Of a stretch of DNA of 64,000 nucleotides, positions 1 to 10,640 are shown in pieces. A model generated the notes under the pieces. It had not been told where the DNA came from. It worked only from the letters and a program-made list of their open reading frames with translations, and made no database searches. A program made the position numbers and the translations under genes. The stretch comes from Antedon mediterranea (lineage: Eukaryota; Animalia; Echinodermata): positions 3,720,001 to 3,784,000 of the forward strand of contig NC_092673.1 in assembly GCF_964355755.1 (NCBI RefSeq). The letters run 5' to 3'. Each line of letters begins with the position of its first letter. Position 1 is the first letter of the stretch.

Positions 1-112
1 AGCGAAGTTATAGACAGTTAGCAATCACAAGCAAATAAGCCATCGCTTGTGATTGGTCAATTCACTTGCGTTGCGTTACGTCCTTCTGTTGCGTCGCTAG
101 TGGGAACCACGC
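1..112. mobile_element. Partial copy of the 179-bp MITE family A, cut by the window edge
   Basis: Nearly identical to the copy at 5876-6054 and ends in the family TIR CTAGTGGGAACCACGCT followed by TTA. Confidence 0.75.
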
Positions 113-611
113 TTTATATTCTTTACTTAAACGCAAGCAATAATAATGAGTATACCTAATACGATAAATTTACACTAATCATACCAAAAATATAGCTTTT
201 ACACACATTATAATGACAAAGATAAGAATGATTTAATCGTGTCGTAAATATTCTACACGCATGAAGCAAACTCGTCTTAATATTACCATACTATTGTATT
301 GTATTGTATTTTATTGTATAGTATTGATTGTGTTTTCCTGCCAAGAAAACAATTATCATTGTACTATGTATGAATGACTTAATAAATCGAATCTGAATCT
401 AATAAGTAACCATATTAACAAAAATAACGCTCGTAAATATTAAGCGTACATTATAACAAAAACACAAACATCTGTAGCTTCCGTTTTTCTTAATAAGGCA
501 TAATAGGCCTAGTTTGTTTTTTTTTTGGGGGGGGGGGGGTGGGGGGGGGGAAACATATTACTGTATTATACTATTTTCCCTTGAAATATTTAGTAGTTGG
601 TAAGTATATAA

Positions 612-917
612 TGAGTGAGTGGCCGAGTGGTTAAGACAGTGGAACCGTAATTACGTAGCCATAACATTGGCAGGGGTTCGAGGCTCACTCGACTCCATGG
701 TTCTGGTGGTAGAACGAGTCTTCTCGGATAAGGACTATAAACCGTAGGTCCAGAGTACACATCTAGCTTGTGTGCACTTTAAAGAACCTAGTACATCTTT
801 CGAGACGCGTAGGGGGTTACCCTGGCGTATTAGTACATCACAGCCACTGTTCACCAACTGAGCCCTCTGGGAGACCAGTCTTTGATTGAAGGGAGGTTAC
901 CCAGTATAAATATATAT
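612..917 (+). mobile_element. tRNA-derived SINE, apparently full length
   Basis: A-box-like TGGCCGAGTGG (620-630), B-box-like GGTTCGAGGC (675-684), a non-tRNA body and an AT-rich tail. The body recurs inverted at ~18478-18684. Confidence 0.75.
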
Positions 918-1101
918 TTCAATCAATAATTTGTTTCTCCGGACATCTTCTCCAATTTCATAGCTTTTTTTGCAAATATCAAGAAAACACAGTGAATGCA
1001 TGCCGAACACATAGATATGTATTTGTATATATTTGTGTGTGAGAAATACAAAGAACACAAAGTATTTAAATGTCCTAATCGATATAAATTCATCTTCATA
1101 G

Positions 1102-4100
1102 CGCTTCCAGGTTCCATTGCAATTATGTCTAGTGGAGTATCTGCATCTGTGGTCACCTACATCTATCAGGTCATCGGTCACCGCAAGACCATATGCATTG
1201 GCGTTGCCTTGTCGTCTCTTGGCCTACTCGCAACTTCATTTGTACATGACATACAGGTTGTGTGCATTACATATGGGGTAATGTTTGGACTGGGTTGTGC
1301 TTTCATGCATCTACCGTTCGTAAGCGTGACGTCATGTTATTTTAAGGGCCGGTATTTAACCAGGGTCCTCTGCTTCCAGTTTGTCGGGGCAAGCGTTGGT
1401 AAGTATAGGCCGCGCCTATAGACATTGTGATAACTCTTGACAAGGTAAACATGGACAGTAAATTTAGGATAGATGTCATGGTCATCCTGCGACATGACGC
1501 TTTCCACTGTAACGCATGGTTCCCACTAGTGACGCATAGTAACCCAACCACGCAACGTAAGAAGATGCCTTTATACAATAAATGTGTTTTCCCCAGCCTG
1601 CCTGCGATGTTTGTTGCACTATTGCGTCGACGGTTCCCACTTGTGGTTACGCAATACAGCACTTTGCGTCGATACGTCGCTGCGTTGCGTCGCTAGTGGG
1701 AACCACGCTTAAAGATGTATTGTCCCCCTGCAAAATAATTGTTTTAAATTTTTTTTTTTTTAATAGGCCATTTTAATGTCACATAATAGTTATTGACTTC
1801 GACCAAAAATTGTATCGAAAGTTTCAGGTTTTCATGGTACTCTAAGCTCCTTAATTTCATTAATCAACCTTTTGAATGGTTTAAAAATATAGTTAATGGA
1901 TGTTTTGTTGAATTTAACCATTTATCATGTTATTTTATAAGTGAAAACATTATTTTTTTCATTCACTTTATTAAAACTACAAAATAATAACATATTCAAA
2001 GTCTGATTTAATTAAGCTTTATTGTTCATGTTTTGGGGGGGGGGGGGACAATACATCTTTAATGGAACATGATGGTAGAATTAGGCCTAGTGATGAGATT
2101 TTTAGCTTGACTTTCGAATGATCCCCAATACTGCATATAACATTGCAATACTTTCAACTTCTCTCGCAGGTCTTTCATTGGCGCCAGGTATTGAATGGCT
2201 CTACAGTAGATATTCATGGAGGGTGGCCCTTCGCATCATTGCCATCGTACTAACAGTTATCGGGCTACCTTGTACAGCAGTTGCCACTGGCAATCGTAGC
2301 CAGGAGGAAAATATTAATGAAGATTCAAAAGATACTAAGAAAGTTGTTAAAAAATCTCGAAAACAAACGTCGAGTTTATTCCGCTACATGACATTAATGA
2401 AGACATTCAATTACGTTATTTCCATGCCAGCTTTTTTGTTGATGTCCGTGTCTGTAGCATTTTCTTATATAAGTCTTGTAAGTACAGTCACCTGCCAAAC
2501 TAATGTGCCTTTTCCTGCTTATTTATTTACCCGGGTAAGTTGATTACATCCACCAACCAACTTATATTACCCGGGTAATGGGTCTTGTTTGCTTTAAAAC
2601 TACTTTGCCCGTGTGGTTCCTAATATCCACCATATTTTGCGATAAGTCAACTTATCCGGGTAAATAGCCAAGTTATCCGGGTAAATAACTAAGCCTTATC
2701 CGTGTAAATAACTAAGCCTTATCCGTGTAAATAACTAAGGCTTATCCGTGTAAATAACTAAGCCTTATCCGGGTAAATAACTAAGCCTTATCCGGGTAAA
2801 TAACCAAGTTATCCGGGTAAATAACTAAGCCTTATCCGGGTAAATAACTAAGCCTTATCCGGGTAAATAACCAAGTTATCCGGGTAAATAACTAAGCCTT
2901 ATCCGGGTAAATAACTAGAACTTATCCGGGTAAATAACTAAGCCTTATCCGGGTATCCTTATGTTTTTTTTACAATATTGATTACTATATTTTTAATTGC
3001 AGGGTATCTATTTAGAAAATGCAAGTCTAAATACAGCCACCATCTCGTTGATATTAAGTCTTATGGGAGCTGGTGATATCGTTGGTCGACTATCAATTTC
3101 CTTTGGTTCCATGCACGTACCTCTCTCACTCACTGTGCAATATATTCTGGTGATCATTACAACAGCCGGGTTCACTGTGGCAATTCCGTTTTCAACCACA
3201 CAGACATCACTTATAGTTGTATTGACAGGTAAATTAAAAAAATAATGTGATAATAAAAAAACGACCTCCAAGAGCAAATCTTTGTAGAACTAGAAAATCC
3301 TTCGTTGTAAATAGCATTCATATTTTTAATTCTAATGTAAGACGTTAATGCAATTTTTAATAGTTTTACATTTTTAACAGCATTTTTAACTTTTTATCTT
3401 GTATTTTTAATCTGTTATAATACTGCACGTTTTTAAATTGTTGCAATATTGTTGTTTTAATCTACCAAGCAAAGTGAATTTCCATTTTTATGGACAAATA
3501 AAATTTCTTGAATCTTGAATCTTGAATGAGTGCACCACTATTTGCTAATCTATCTACATTTGCGTCGATACGTGGCTGCGTTGCGTTCTAGTAGGAATCA
3601 AGCGTTTGGGCCTCGACGTTTAAATGACGACGCACGCGTCATTAGTGTTACTAAATTATTATGTTACTTTATTATTTTGTATTTAGGTTTGGGTATGACT
3701 AGAGGCATGTTATTTACAGCAGTGGTCTCAGCCGCAATTGACGTAGCACCGACTGCCTTGAGTGCCGAAGGACTTGCAATGATGTATATATTTTTTGGTA
3801 CAGGCACGTTCTTGGCTCCTTATGTTACAGGTAATATACCTAACTATCTATTCATTAAATAATATTAAATATATAATAAATAGTGAAAAAAATGTTTTTA
3901 AATGCATTTTTTTCGGTATATAATCAATATACATCTGTAATAATAACTGAATAAAATCAATGATTGACAATATTAACTTACGTTTATCATCATTGACTTT
4001 TTGATATTTTTATATTATCATATTAATAATATTTTTTGTTTTTCAGATAACATCTATGACAAGACTGGAAGTTATAAATTAGGTATATTTGTTTGTGTTG

Positions 4101-4243
4101 GAACGTATATTCTAGCAGCGGCACTGTTTACAATTGGACATATATACAAAAGATACACCAATAGGAGTAACATGCACAGCGAACTAATGGAAACAAAGTT
4201 TGAAAGTGTGCCAATGGATGAAGCGACCGAGCAGCCAGTCTAA
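1102..4243 (+). CDS. MFS monocarboxylate transporter (SLC16/MCT-like), 3' portion; first coding exon probably upstream of the window
   Basis: Phase-consistent exons ~1102(or 1111)-1398, 2170-2477, 3003-3228, 3687-3830 and 4047-4243(TAA). Multiple hydrophobic TM segments and SLC16-type motifs: ITYGVMFGLG, SCYFKGR, YSWRVALRI, GAGDIVGRL, IYDKTGSY. Confidence 0.85.
1513..1709. mobile_element. MITE family B, sharing its TIR with family A, in an MCT intron
   Basis: Ends GGTTCCCACTAG...CTAGTGGGAACC. The interior matches the host elements at 5353-5872 and 6058-6627. Confidence 0.7.
1713..2058. mobile_element. Non-autonomous TTAA-flanked DNA transposon (Kolobok-like), short copy
   Basis: TIR AGATGTATTGTCCCC...GGGGACAATACATCT with TTAA on both sides. 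RR...YY termini plus a TTAA TSD fit Kolobok better than piggyBac (CCY ends). Confidence 0.7.
2650..2955. repeat. Minisatellite, 21-23-bp unit TTATCCGGGTAAATAACTAAGCC, about 13 copies
   Basis: Directly visible tandem array in an MCT intron. Confidence 0.9.
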
Positions 4244-4275
4244 AATCCTGGTGTTATTCATCGACTGCTGCAGAT

Positions 4276-4483
4276 GGGTGACCGTGGGTGGGTGACCGTG
4301 AGGTGGGGTGACCGTAAGGTGGGGTGACCGTGAGGTGGGGTGACCGTGAAGTGGGGTGACCATGGGTGGGGTGACCGTGGGGTGACCGTAAGGTGGGGTG
4401 ACCGTGAAGTGGGGTGACCGTAAAGTGGGGTGACCGTGGGTGGGGTGACCGTGAGGCGGGGTGACCGTGAGGTGGGGTGACCA
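4276..4483. repeat. G-rich minisatellite, ~16-bp unit GGGGTGACCGTGAGGT, just 3' of the MCT stop
   Basis: Directly visible tandem array. It produces the three spurious low-complexity ORFs at 4184-4603. Confidence 0.9.
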
Positions 4484-5352
4484 TCCGTGTTCTCTTGTAT
4501 GTTGTACCGGATTAAGATTGGTTCCTTCTCGGACGCAACACAACGACGTAAGCGCAACGAAAACGAGTTGACCAATCACAAAGCGACATTTCGAATAATT
4601 CATCGTTTGTGATTGGTCAAATTACCTGCGTTGCATCTAAATGGAAACCAAGTTTAGGGATTACACCTCACCAATTTGATGGCAAAGAACTCAACTATCG
4701 ATTGTACACGTTAATAACCCAAGCCAAGGGGTGGACTGTGTTCCTATAAAGCAAATCGGCGCCGTTGGTTTGTAAGCCTACCAAAAAATGATATCATACC
4801 AAGTGATCATGTCAAGCATCTTTAAAAAATTACAGAATAATCTACCGGAAACGAAATGTCACCTTTTGTAATCGATTTTGGAACAAATGGAACAGACTTT
4901 GTTTATAAATACTGTTATAAGAAAGCATTATTTTGCCACATACAACAATGTTATATATATTTTTTCAATGTTTAAAATTGTAGGCCTAATTGTATTTAAA
5001 ATTGTAAAATGGTACTTAGTCATTAAAAGCAAGTGGTTGAAAATAAACTTAGCTCTTACACTTTTTTCTTTAAAAGCAAACACTTGTAATAATTCAATAT
5101 AATTAAACATTAATGCAAGAAACGCCTCATAAAGATGATTGCACGGTAATAAAACAATCATTCTTCAACAATTTCAGTCACAAACTCGAATAGAGTAAAC
5201 AACAGTCTGAAAACACTCGAGACCTGCCATCTCAAAGTACCGATGCTCAAAGTCCAGGTGTTCGTAATTGTCAAGCGGCAACCGTTAAATTACCTGTTTG
5301 TAATTAATGAATACCTGTATTATAATCAAGACTACAGATAATGTAAAGCTTA

Positions 5353-6958
5353 AGCTTGGTTCTCACTAGCAACGCAACGTAACGCAATATACGCAACGTA
5401 ACGCAATCTACGCAACGTAACGCAATCTACGCAACGTAACGCAATATACGCAACGTAACGCAATCTACGCAACGTAACGCAATATACGCAACGTAACGCA
5501 ATCTACGCAACGTAACGCAATCTACGCAACGTAAGAATATGCCCTTCCAATCATTGTGTTTGCCCCCGCCAGCTTAAAATCAACGATGTTTGCAGCACTA
5601 TATTGTGTCGTCGGTTCCCACTAAAACGTGGTTCCCACTAGCGACGCAACACAAGGACGTAACGCAACGCAAGTGAATTGACCAATCACAAGCGATGGCT
5701 TATTCGCTTGTGATTGCTAACTGTCTATAACTTCGCTTGTCATTGGTTAAAACGCTTGCGTTGCGTTTACGTCCTTGCGTTACGTTCTAGTGGGAACCAA
5801 GCTTTACTGATTACGCAATACAGCACTTTGCGTCGATACGTCACTGCGTTGCGTTCTAGTAGGAACCACGCTTTAAGCTTGGTTCCCACTAGAACGTAAC
5901 GCAAGGACGTAAACGGAACGCAAGCGTTTTAACCAATGACAAGCAAAGTTATAGACAGTTAGCAATCACAAGCGAATAAGCCATCGCTTGTGATTGGTCA
6001 ATTCACTTGCGTTGCGTTACGTCCTTGTGTTGCGTCGCTAGTGGGAACCACGCTTTAAGCTTGGTTCCCACTAGTGACGCAACGTAACGCAACCTTCGCA
6101 ACGTAAGCTTGGTTCCCACTAGAACGTAACGCAAGGACGTAAACGCAACGCAAGTGAATTGACCAATCACAAGCGATGGCTTATTCGCTTGTGATTGCTA
6201 ACTGTCTATAACTTCGCTTGTCATTGGTTAAGCGTGGTTCCCACTAGCGACGCAACGCAAGGACGTAACGCAACGCAAGTGAATTTACCAATCACAAGCG
6301 ATGGCTTATTCGCTTGTGATTGCTAACTGTCTATAACTTCGCTTGTCATTGGTTAAAACGCTTGCGTTGCGTTTACGTCCTTGCGTTACGTTCTAGTGGG
6401 AACCAAGCTTTAAAACGCTTGCGTTGCGTTTACTTCCTTGCATTACGTTCTAGTGGGAACCAAGCTTAAGAAAATGCCCTTCCAATAATTGTGTTTTCCC
6501 CCACCTGCGTGAAATCAAACCTACGATGTTTGCAGCACTGTTTGGTCGACGGTTCCCACTTGTGATTACGCAATATATCACTTTGCGTCAATACGTCGCT
6601 ACGTTGCGTTCTAGTAGGAACCACGGTTTAGTTCCCGCTAGGACGTAACGCAACAACGTAAGCGCGACGTAAAGCGTGGTTCCCACTAGCGACGCAACAC
6701 AAGGACGTAACGCAACGCAAGTGAATTGACCAATCACAAGCGATGGCTTATTTGCTTGTGATTGCTAACTGTCTATATAACTTCGCTTGTCATTGGTTAA
6801 AACGCTTGCGTTGCGTTTACGTCCTTGCGTTACGTTCTAGTGGGAACCAAGCTTGAACAATTTAACCAATCACAAGCGATGGATTATCCGAATTTTTGTT
6901 TGTGATTGGTAAACTCACTTGCGTTGCGCTTACGTCCATTGCGTTGCGCCCCAAGCTT
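5353..6958. mobile_element. Cluster of tandem and nested MITEs (families A and B; TWA flanks, PIF/Harbinger-Tourist-like)
   Basis: TIR AGC(G/T)TGGTTCCCACTAG. 179-bp copies at 5625-5803, 5876-6054 and 6231-6409, a 181-bp copy at 6673-6853, and an interrupted copy at 6106-6466. Hosts at 5353-5872 and 6058-6627. A 19-bp tandem ACGCAACGTAACGCAAT(A/C)T lies at ~5372-5533. Confidence 0.8.
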
Positions 6959-7274
6959 TAAGACTTATAGTAGTAAAACATAAAGAATGCACAAAGTTTA
7001 ATTTGTAAAACATAAAGAAACTTAAATTTGTATGTACAAAGTTAATTTGTAGAGAAAAAAACGGAAATAAAGCATTGCCTTTCGTATAATCATATATTGA
7101 CGACCATTCCAATTAGTTCCATTTTCAATTTCTTTCAAAAAAATCAAATCTAGGACGTGTTAATATTACTACGAAATTGCGCCTTAAAATATTGTACAGG
7201 TAATTTTGGAAACAACTGATTAGTGGACTTGGAACGTTTATATACATTGTGACATCTACACGTTTTTCGAGTTT

Positions 7275-8345
7275 TTAGAATATTGAACTTTCGGGCGGGT
7301 TATTATTAATACAGCTCTCATTTTGTCTGCCGCAAATAGCGCGCCAAAATTTCTTAAAGCGTCGTTTGTAATGTTCATTCAAAACGCCGTAGACGATTGG
7401 GTTCACGCCGCAGTTGATCGCAACGTTCGACCACAAAATAAGGAAAATGTGCGAATCGACCTTCATGTTTGTATCTGTAGCGATCCACAGTATCGTTATG
7501 ACCATCGGTATCCACATGATCGCAAATAGTACCACCAAAAGCACCAGCATCCTCAAGACGCGCGATTCCTTAGCAACGTTGTGCGAGGAGTGAATCGTCG
7601 TCGATGAACCTGCGAACCCCGGATGACCACTACTCATTGACGCGACACGTTGGCTGTTTTCCGATATGGTCTTCCTTATTCTGTTATGAGTATACCATAT
7701 AATACCCATTGGTACAATAATACCAAGTATAGTAACTGAACAACAGTATATGATTTCACCATAATTTGCAGATGACCATCCTGGGTCGAGTGTGCAGATT
7801 TTGACCAGCTCTTCATCCACAATAAAATCCTCTTCTACTTGAAAGTTAATGTACATCGGCATTGCACCAAGTAGGGCGATGAGCCAACCGACCGCTATTA
7901 TGCATATCACCTCTTGTATTGTAAGCTTCTGCTTTCTCTGGACAATAAGTCGAAAACGATCGAAGCTGATGATAACCATTGTCCAGATGCTGGTGAACCC
8001 GGTCACGAATTGAAAATAAAAGAAGCTTTTACAAATGAACGAACCGACCTTCCAAGATTCCGTTATTCTGGTGGCTATGACGAACGGGACACAAAATGAA
8101 AAAAGAAGATCTGCTAATGCTAAGTTGCTCACAAGGTAGTTTGTTACAGTTCTCATGCTCTCGTCAACAATAACCACTAATAATACCATAATATTTCCAA
8201 CTAAAGCGACGCTGAATATACAAGTAAGCAGGATCGTCTCCAGGATAACAGCTCCCGGCTCCCATTTGCGATTAAATTCGGAGAAAAATGTAAAGTACCG
8301 GTAGGTGATGTTTTCAACATCTTTTTCGAGGTACGAAATACTCAT
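7275..8345 (-). CDS. Class A (rhodopsin-like) GPCR, free fatty acid receptor 4 (GPR120)-like, 356 aa, single coding exon
   Basis: 7 TM segments with GN (TM1), NLALADL (TM2), DRF (TM3), WIP (TM6) and NPIVY (TM7). The segments FTFFSEF, LETILLTCIFSVALVGN, ATRITESW and KICTL resemble FFAR4 as recalled. A splice acceptor just upstream of the ATG implies a 5' UTR intron. Confidence 0.85.
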   Translation of the reverse strand: MSISYLEKDVENITYRYFTFFSEFNRKWEPGAVILETILLTCIFSVALVGNIMVLLVVIVDESMRTVTNYLVSNLALADLLFSFCVPFVIATRITESWKVGSFICKSFFYFQFVTGFTSIWTMVIISFDRFRLIVQRKQKLTIQEVICIIAVGWLIALLGAMPMYINFQVEEDFIVDEELVKICTLDPGWSSANYGEIIYCCSVTILGIIVPMGIIWYTHNRIRKTISENSQRVASMSSGHPGFAGSSTTIHSSHNVAKESRVLRMLVLLVVLFAIMWIPMVITILWIATDTNMKVDSHIFLILWSNVAINCGVNPIVYGVLNEHYKRRFKKFWRAICGRQNESCINNNPPESSIF

Positions 8346-9169
8346 TTCCGCATCTATAAATAGAAAACAATTTGAGGTATGTCATCAAGACAAAACTGAA
8401 ACCTCCAAGAATAATATGTATTGACAATTTATTTATTTATTTATTTTTTCAGATTTCTAGAGTAGAGAGAGAGATTTCATGAATACTCATGCTTAAAGGC
8501 GCTTCACATCATAAAGACAATATTAAACCGATACATCAATAACAGTAACAAAAAAAGTAATAATTAAATTCAATTGTTATTATGGTATCATCATTTCGAT
8601 CATCCAGGCTCCATAACAAAATGATGGAGATCTTGAAATGATTTGATACCGGTGTGTTTTTTTCTTTTTGTGTGTGTCTGCCTTTCTTATTTAAACTTAT
8701 TTATGCCATTGATTTTGTAACTATTTCCAAAACAAAAGCAAAACGAATGAATGAATGAATGAATTCAACAACTATTTCGACAAAAATTAACATAATGATA
8801 GACTAAACAAATAGAACAACAACAAAAATCATTTGGTCGAGAGACGACATGGTGACTCAAACAAGTCCGTCGCTGTTGTCCCTCCTCATATACACAATCC
8901 ATACAAAAAAAACAAGGTAGGCCTACTAACACATATAGACACAAAAAAAAACAAGCGCCGCAAATTCATAACATTGGCAGATGTTTGTATTTATGGGCCA
9001 CTAATCCACTGTACATCAGTTAGATATTGAAGAATGTAAGTAAAATATTTACGAAGTTTAAAACATTTAAGTTACGTCGGATATTCCTCCCAGCATAACG
9101 CACAACTGAGCCACTGTGTTTCAGCGTTTGTTTGTACAAAATAATAGACAACAAAATTTATACTTACTT

Positions 9170-10640
9170 GCCAATATGCCTATAAAACTTCTAATAATTG
9201 ATATTTCAGAATTTATTTAAGATAAAATGCCAGTTCTTTGCTCCTGACGTCTATACGTTAAGCATTAGTGTACACGTTATCATAGAGCATGATGCATATA
9301 ACATTATTTGCAAACATCAAAGGGGAAAAACATGGTTCCGACGCTCAAATCAACCAATAAGAGAATGATGAGCTATGATATCATATATTTGTTTATTTTT
9401 CATGACAGGTGTTCAATTAACTCCTCTCTCACTACTTTGGCGTTCAGTGTAATTTATTAAACATGATTCCCGTAAAATGTGTTTCTCATCATTACCACTG
9501 TCAATTAACACAAAATCTAAAGTTCATCTCTTCTGTCTCATGACAACGTAAATGCAATAGGCCTACTAATAGATGGATTTACGCAAGGGCGTGGGCTTCG
9601 GCCAGTGGAGTGATGCGTCTTCATCAACGTGGTTCAGGCTTGTCCCCCACCCCCTCCTCCTAAAAATTATATTTATTCAATAAAAGGGCCAATAACTATA
9701 TAAAGCCTCCGTTTTAAGAAGAACCTGTAGTCAAAATTAGGGCCTACAAAGTAGCCTACTGTAAGGAGCCTATTTCGAAATCTTTGATTGGACGACTTTA
9801 TCTTTTGAGTAGGCCTAACGCTTTTGCAAATCAATCATAGGCCTGATCAGTCATTTTCATATTCCTAACAAAATAAAATAAAAAGTACATAAGTAAAATA
9901 TAAAATTCTACTAATTGAGATAATAAGAAGAAAATAAACAACACATTCCAATCATCGATTGAGGAAACGCGTTCTTTAATCGTTTGCGTTTCTTGATAAT
10001 TTAAAATAGGCCTACTATAAATATTCGGAGATTGAATATTCGTGTGAAAAGGGTTGTGAAAAGAGGTAAAGTATTTCATCAGAAAATGAAGACATAAATA
10101 TACAGAGTATTCAATGTAAATTTAGTTAACTTTTGTCAGACTCTTAAATTGACATTAGAAAATTAGTTATATTTTGTGTTGTATTTTGTTGTAGTATTTG
10201 TGTAGGCCTACCTATCCCAACTGTAACATGTTTCTGAAAACCACATGAACCCGATGCAAGCCTGCTGAGAGGTGGTGGTTTCTAGGCACGTATGCGTGGG
10301 CCTAGAAAAAGAGCCTAGCTTACACAAAATATGAAGCGCGTCATAAATATTAATTTGTAAATCTATTTTAGAAATTAAATGTAGTAACCTATACCTAATG
10401 TTATTCCTTTTTTCCAAAGAATATTGTTTATTTGTAGCTAGGCTAGGCCTTCCCCTGCGTTTCTGCTCTCTGCCGACGAATTTGCGTTGTGGTACAGATC
10501 AACGCGTCAACATTCGTTCTAACGCGTTGACATTATATATCTATATCTCTTGAGATCGAGTATCTGTTTCACCACTAAAGAATAAGAATACTTGATGTTC
10601 TTGGGGTTTATTTTAAATCAGAAATTGGAAAGTGTAAATA
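9170..10640. promoter_or_regulatory. Probable divergent promoter region between the GPCR (-) and EXD3 (+)
   Basis: Head-to-head gene layout, a GC-box-like GGGCGTGGGC (~9587), CCAAT/ATTGG boxes, a CRE-like TGACGTC (~9245) and several TAGGCCTA palindromes. No TSS evidence. Confidence 0.4.

Noticed and set aside
612-692. tRNA gene; also degenerate tRNA-like pieces at ~17052-17121, 19380-19455 and 62233-62300
   Set aside because: No clean cloverleaf. The 612 copy continues into a repeated SINE body and the others have broken A/B boxes.
4184-4603. Pro/His/Thr-rich ORFs on the minus strand
   Set aside because: All three frames are open only because of the 16-bp minisatellite.
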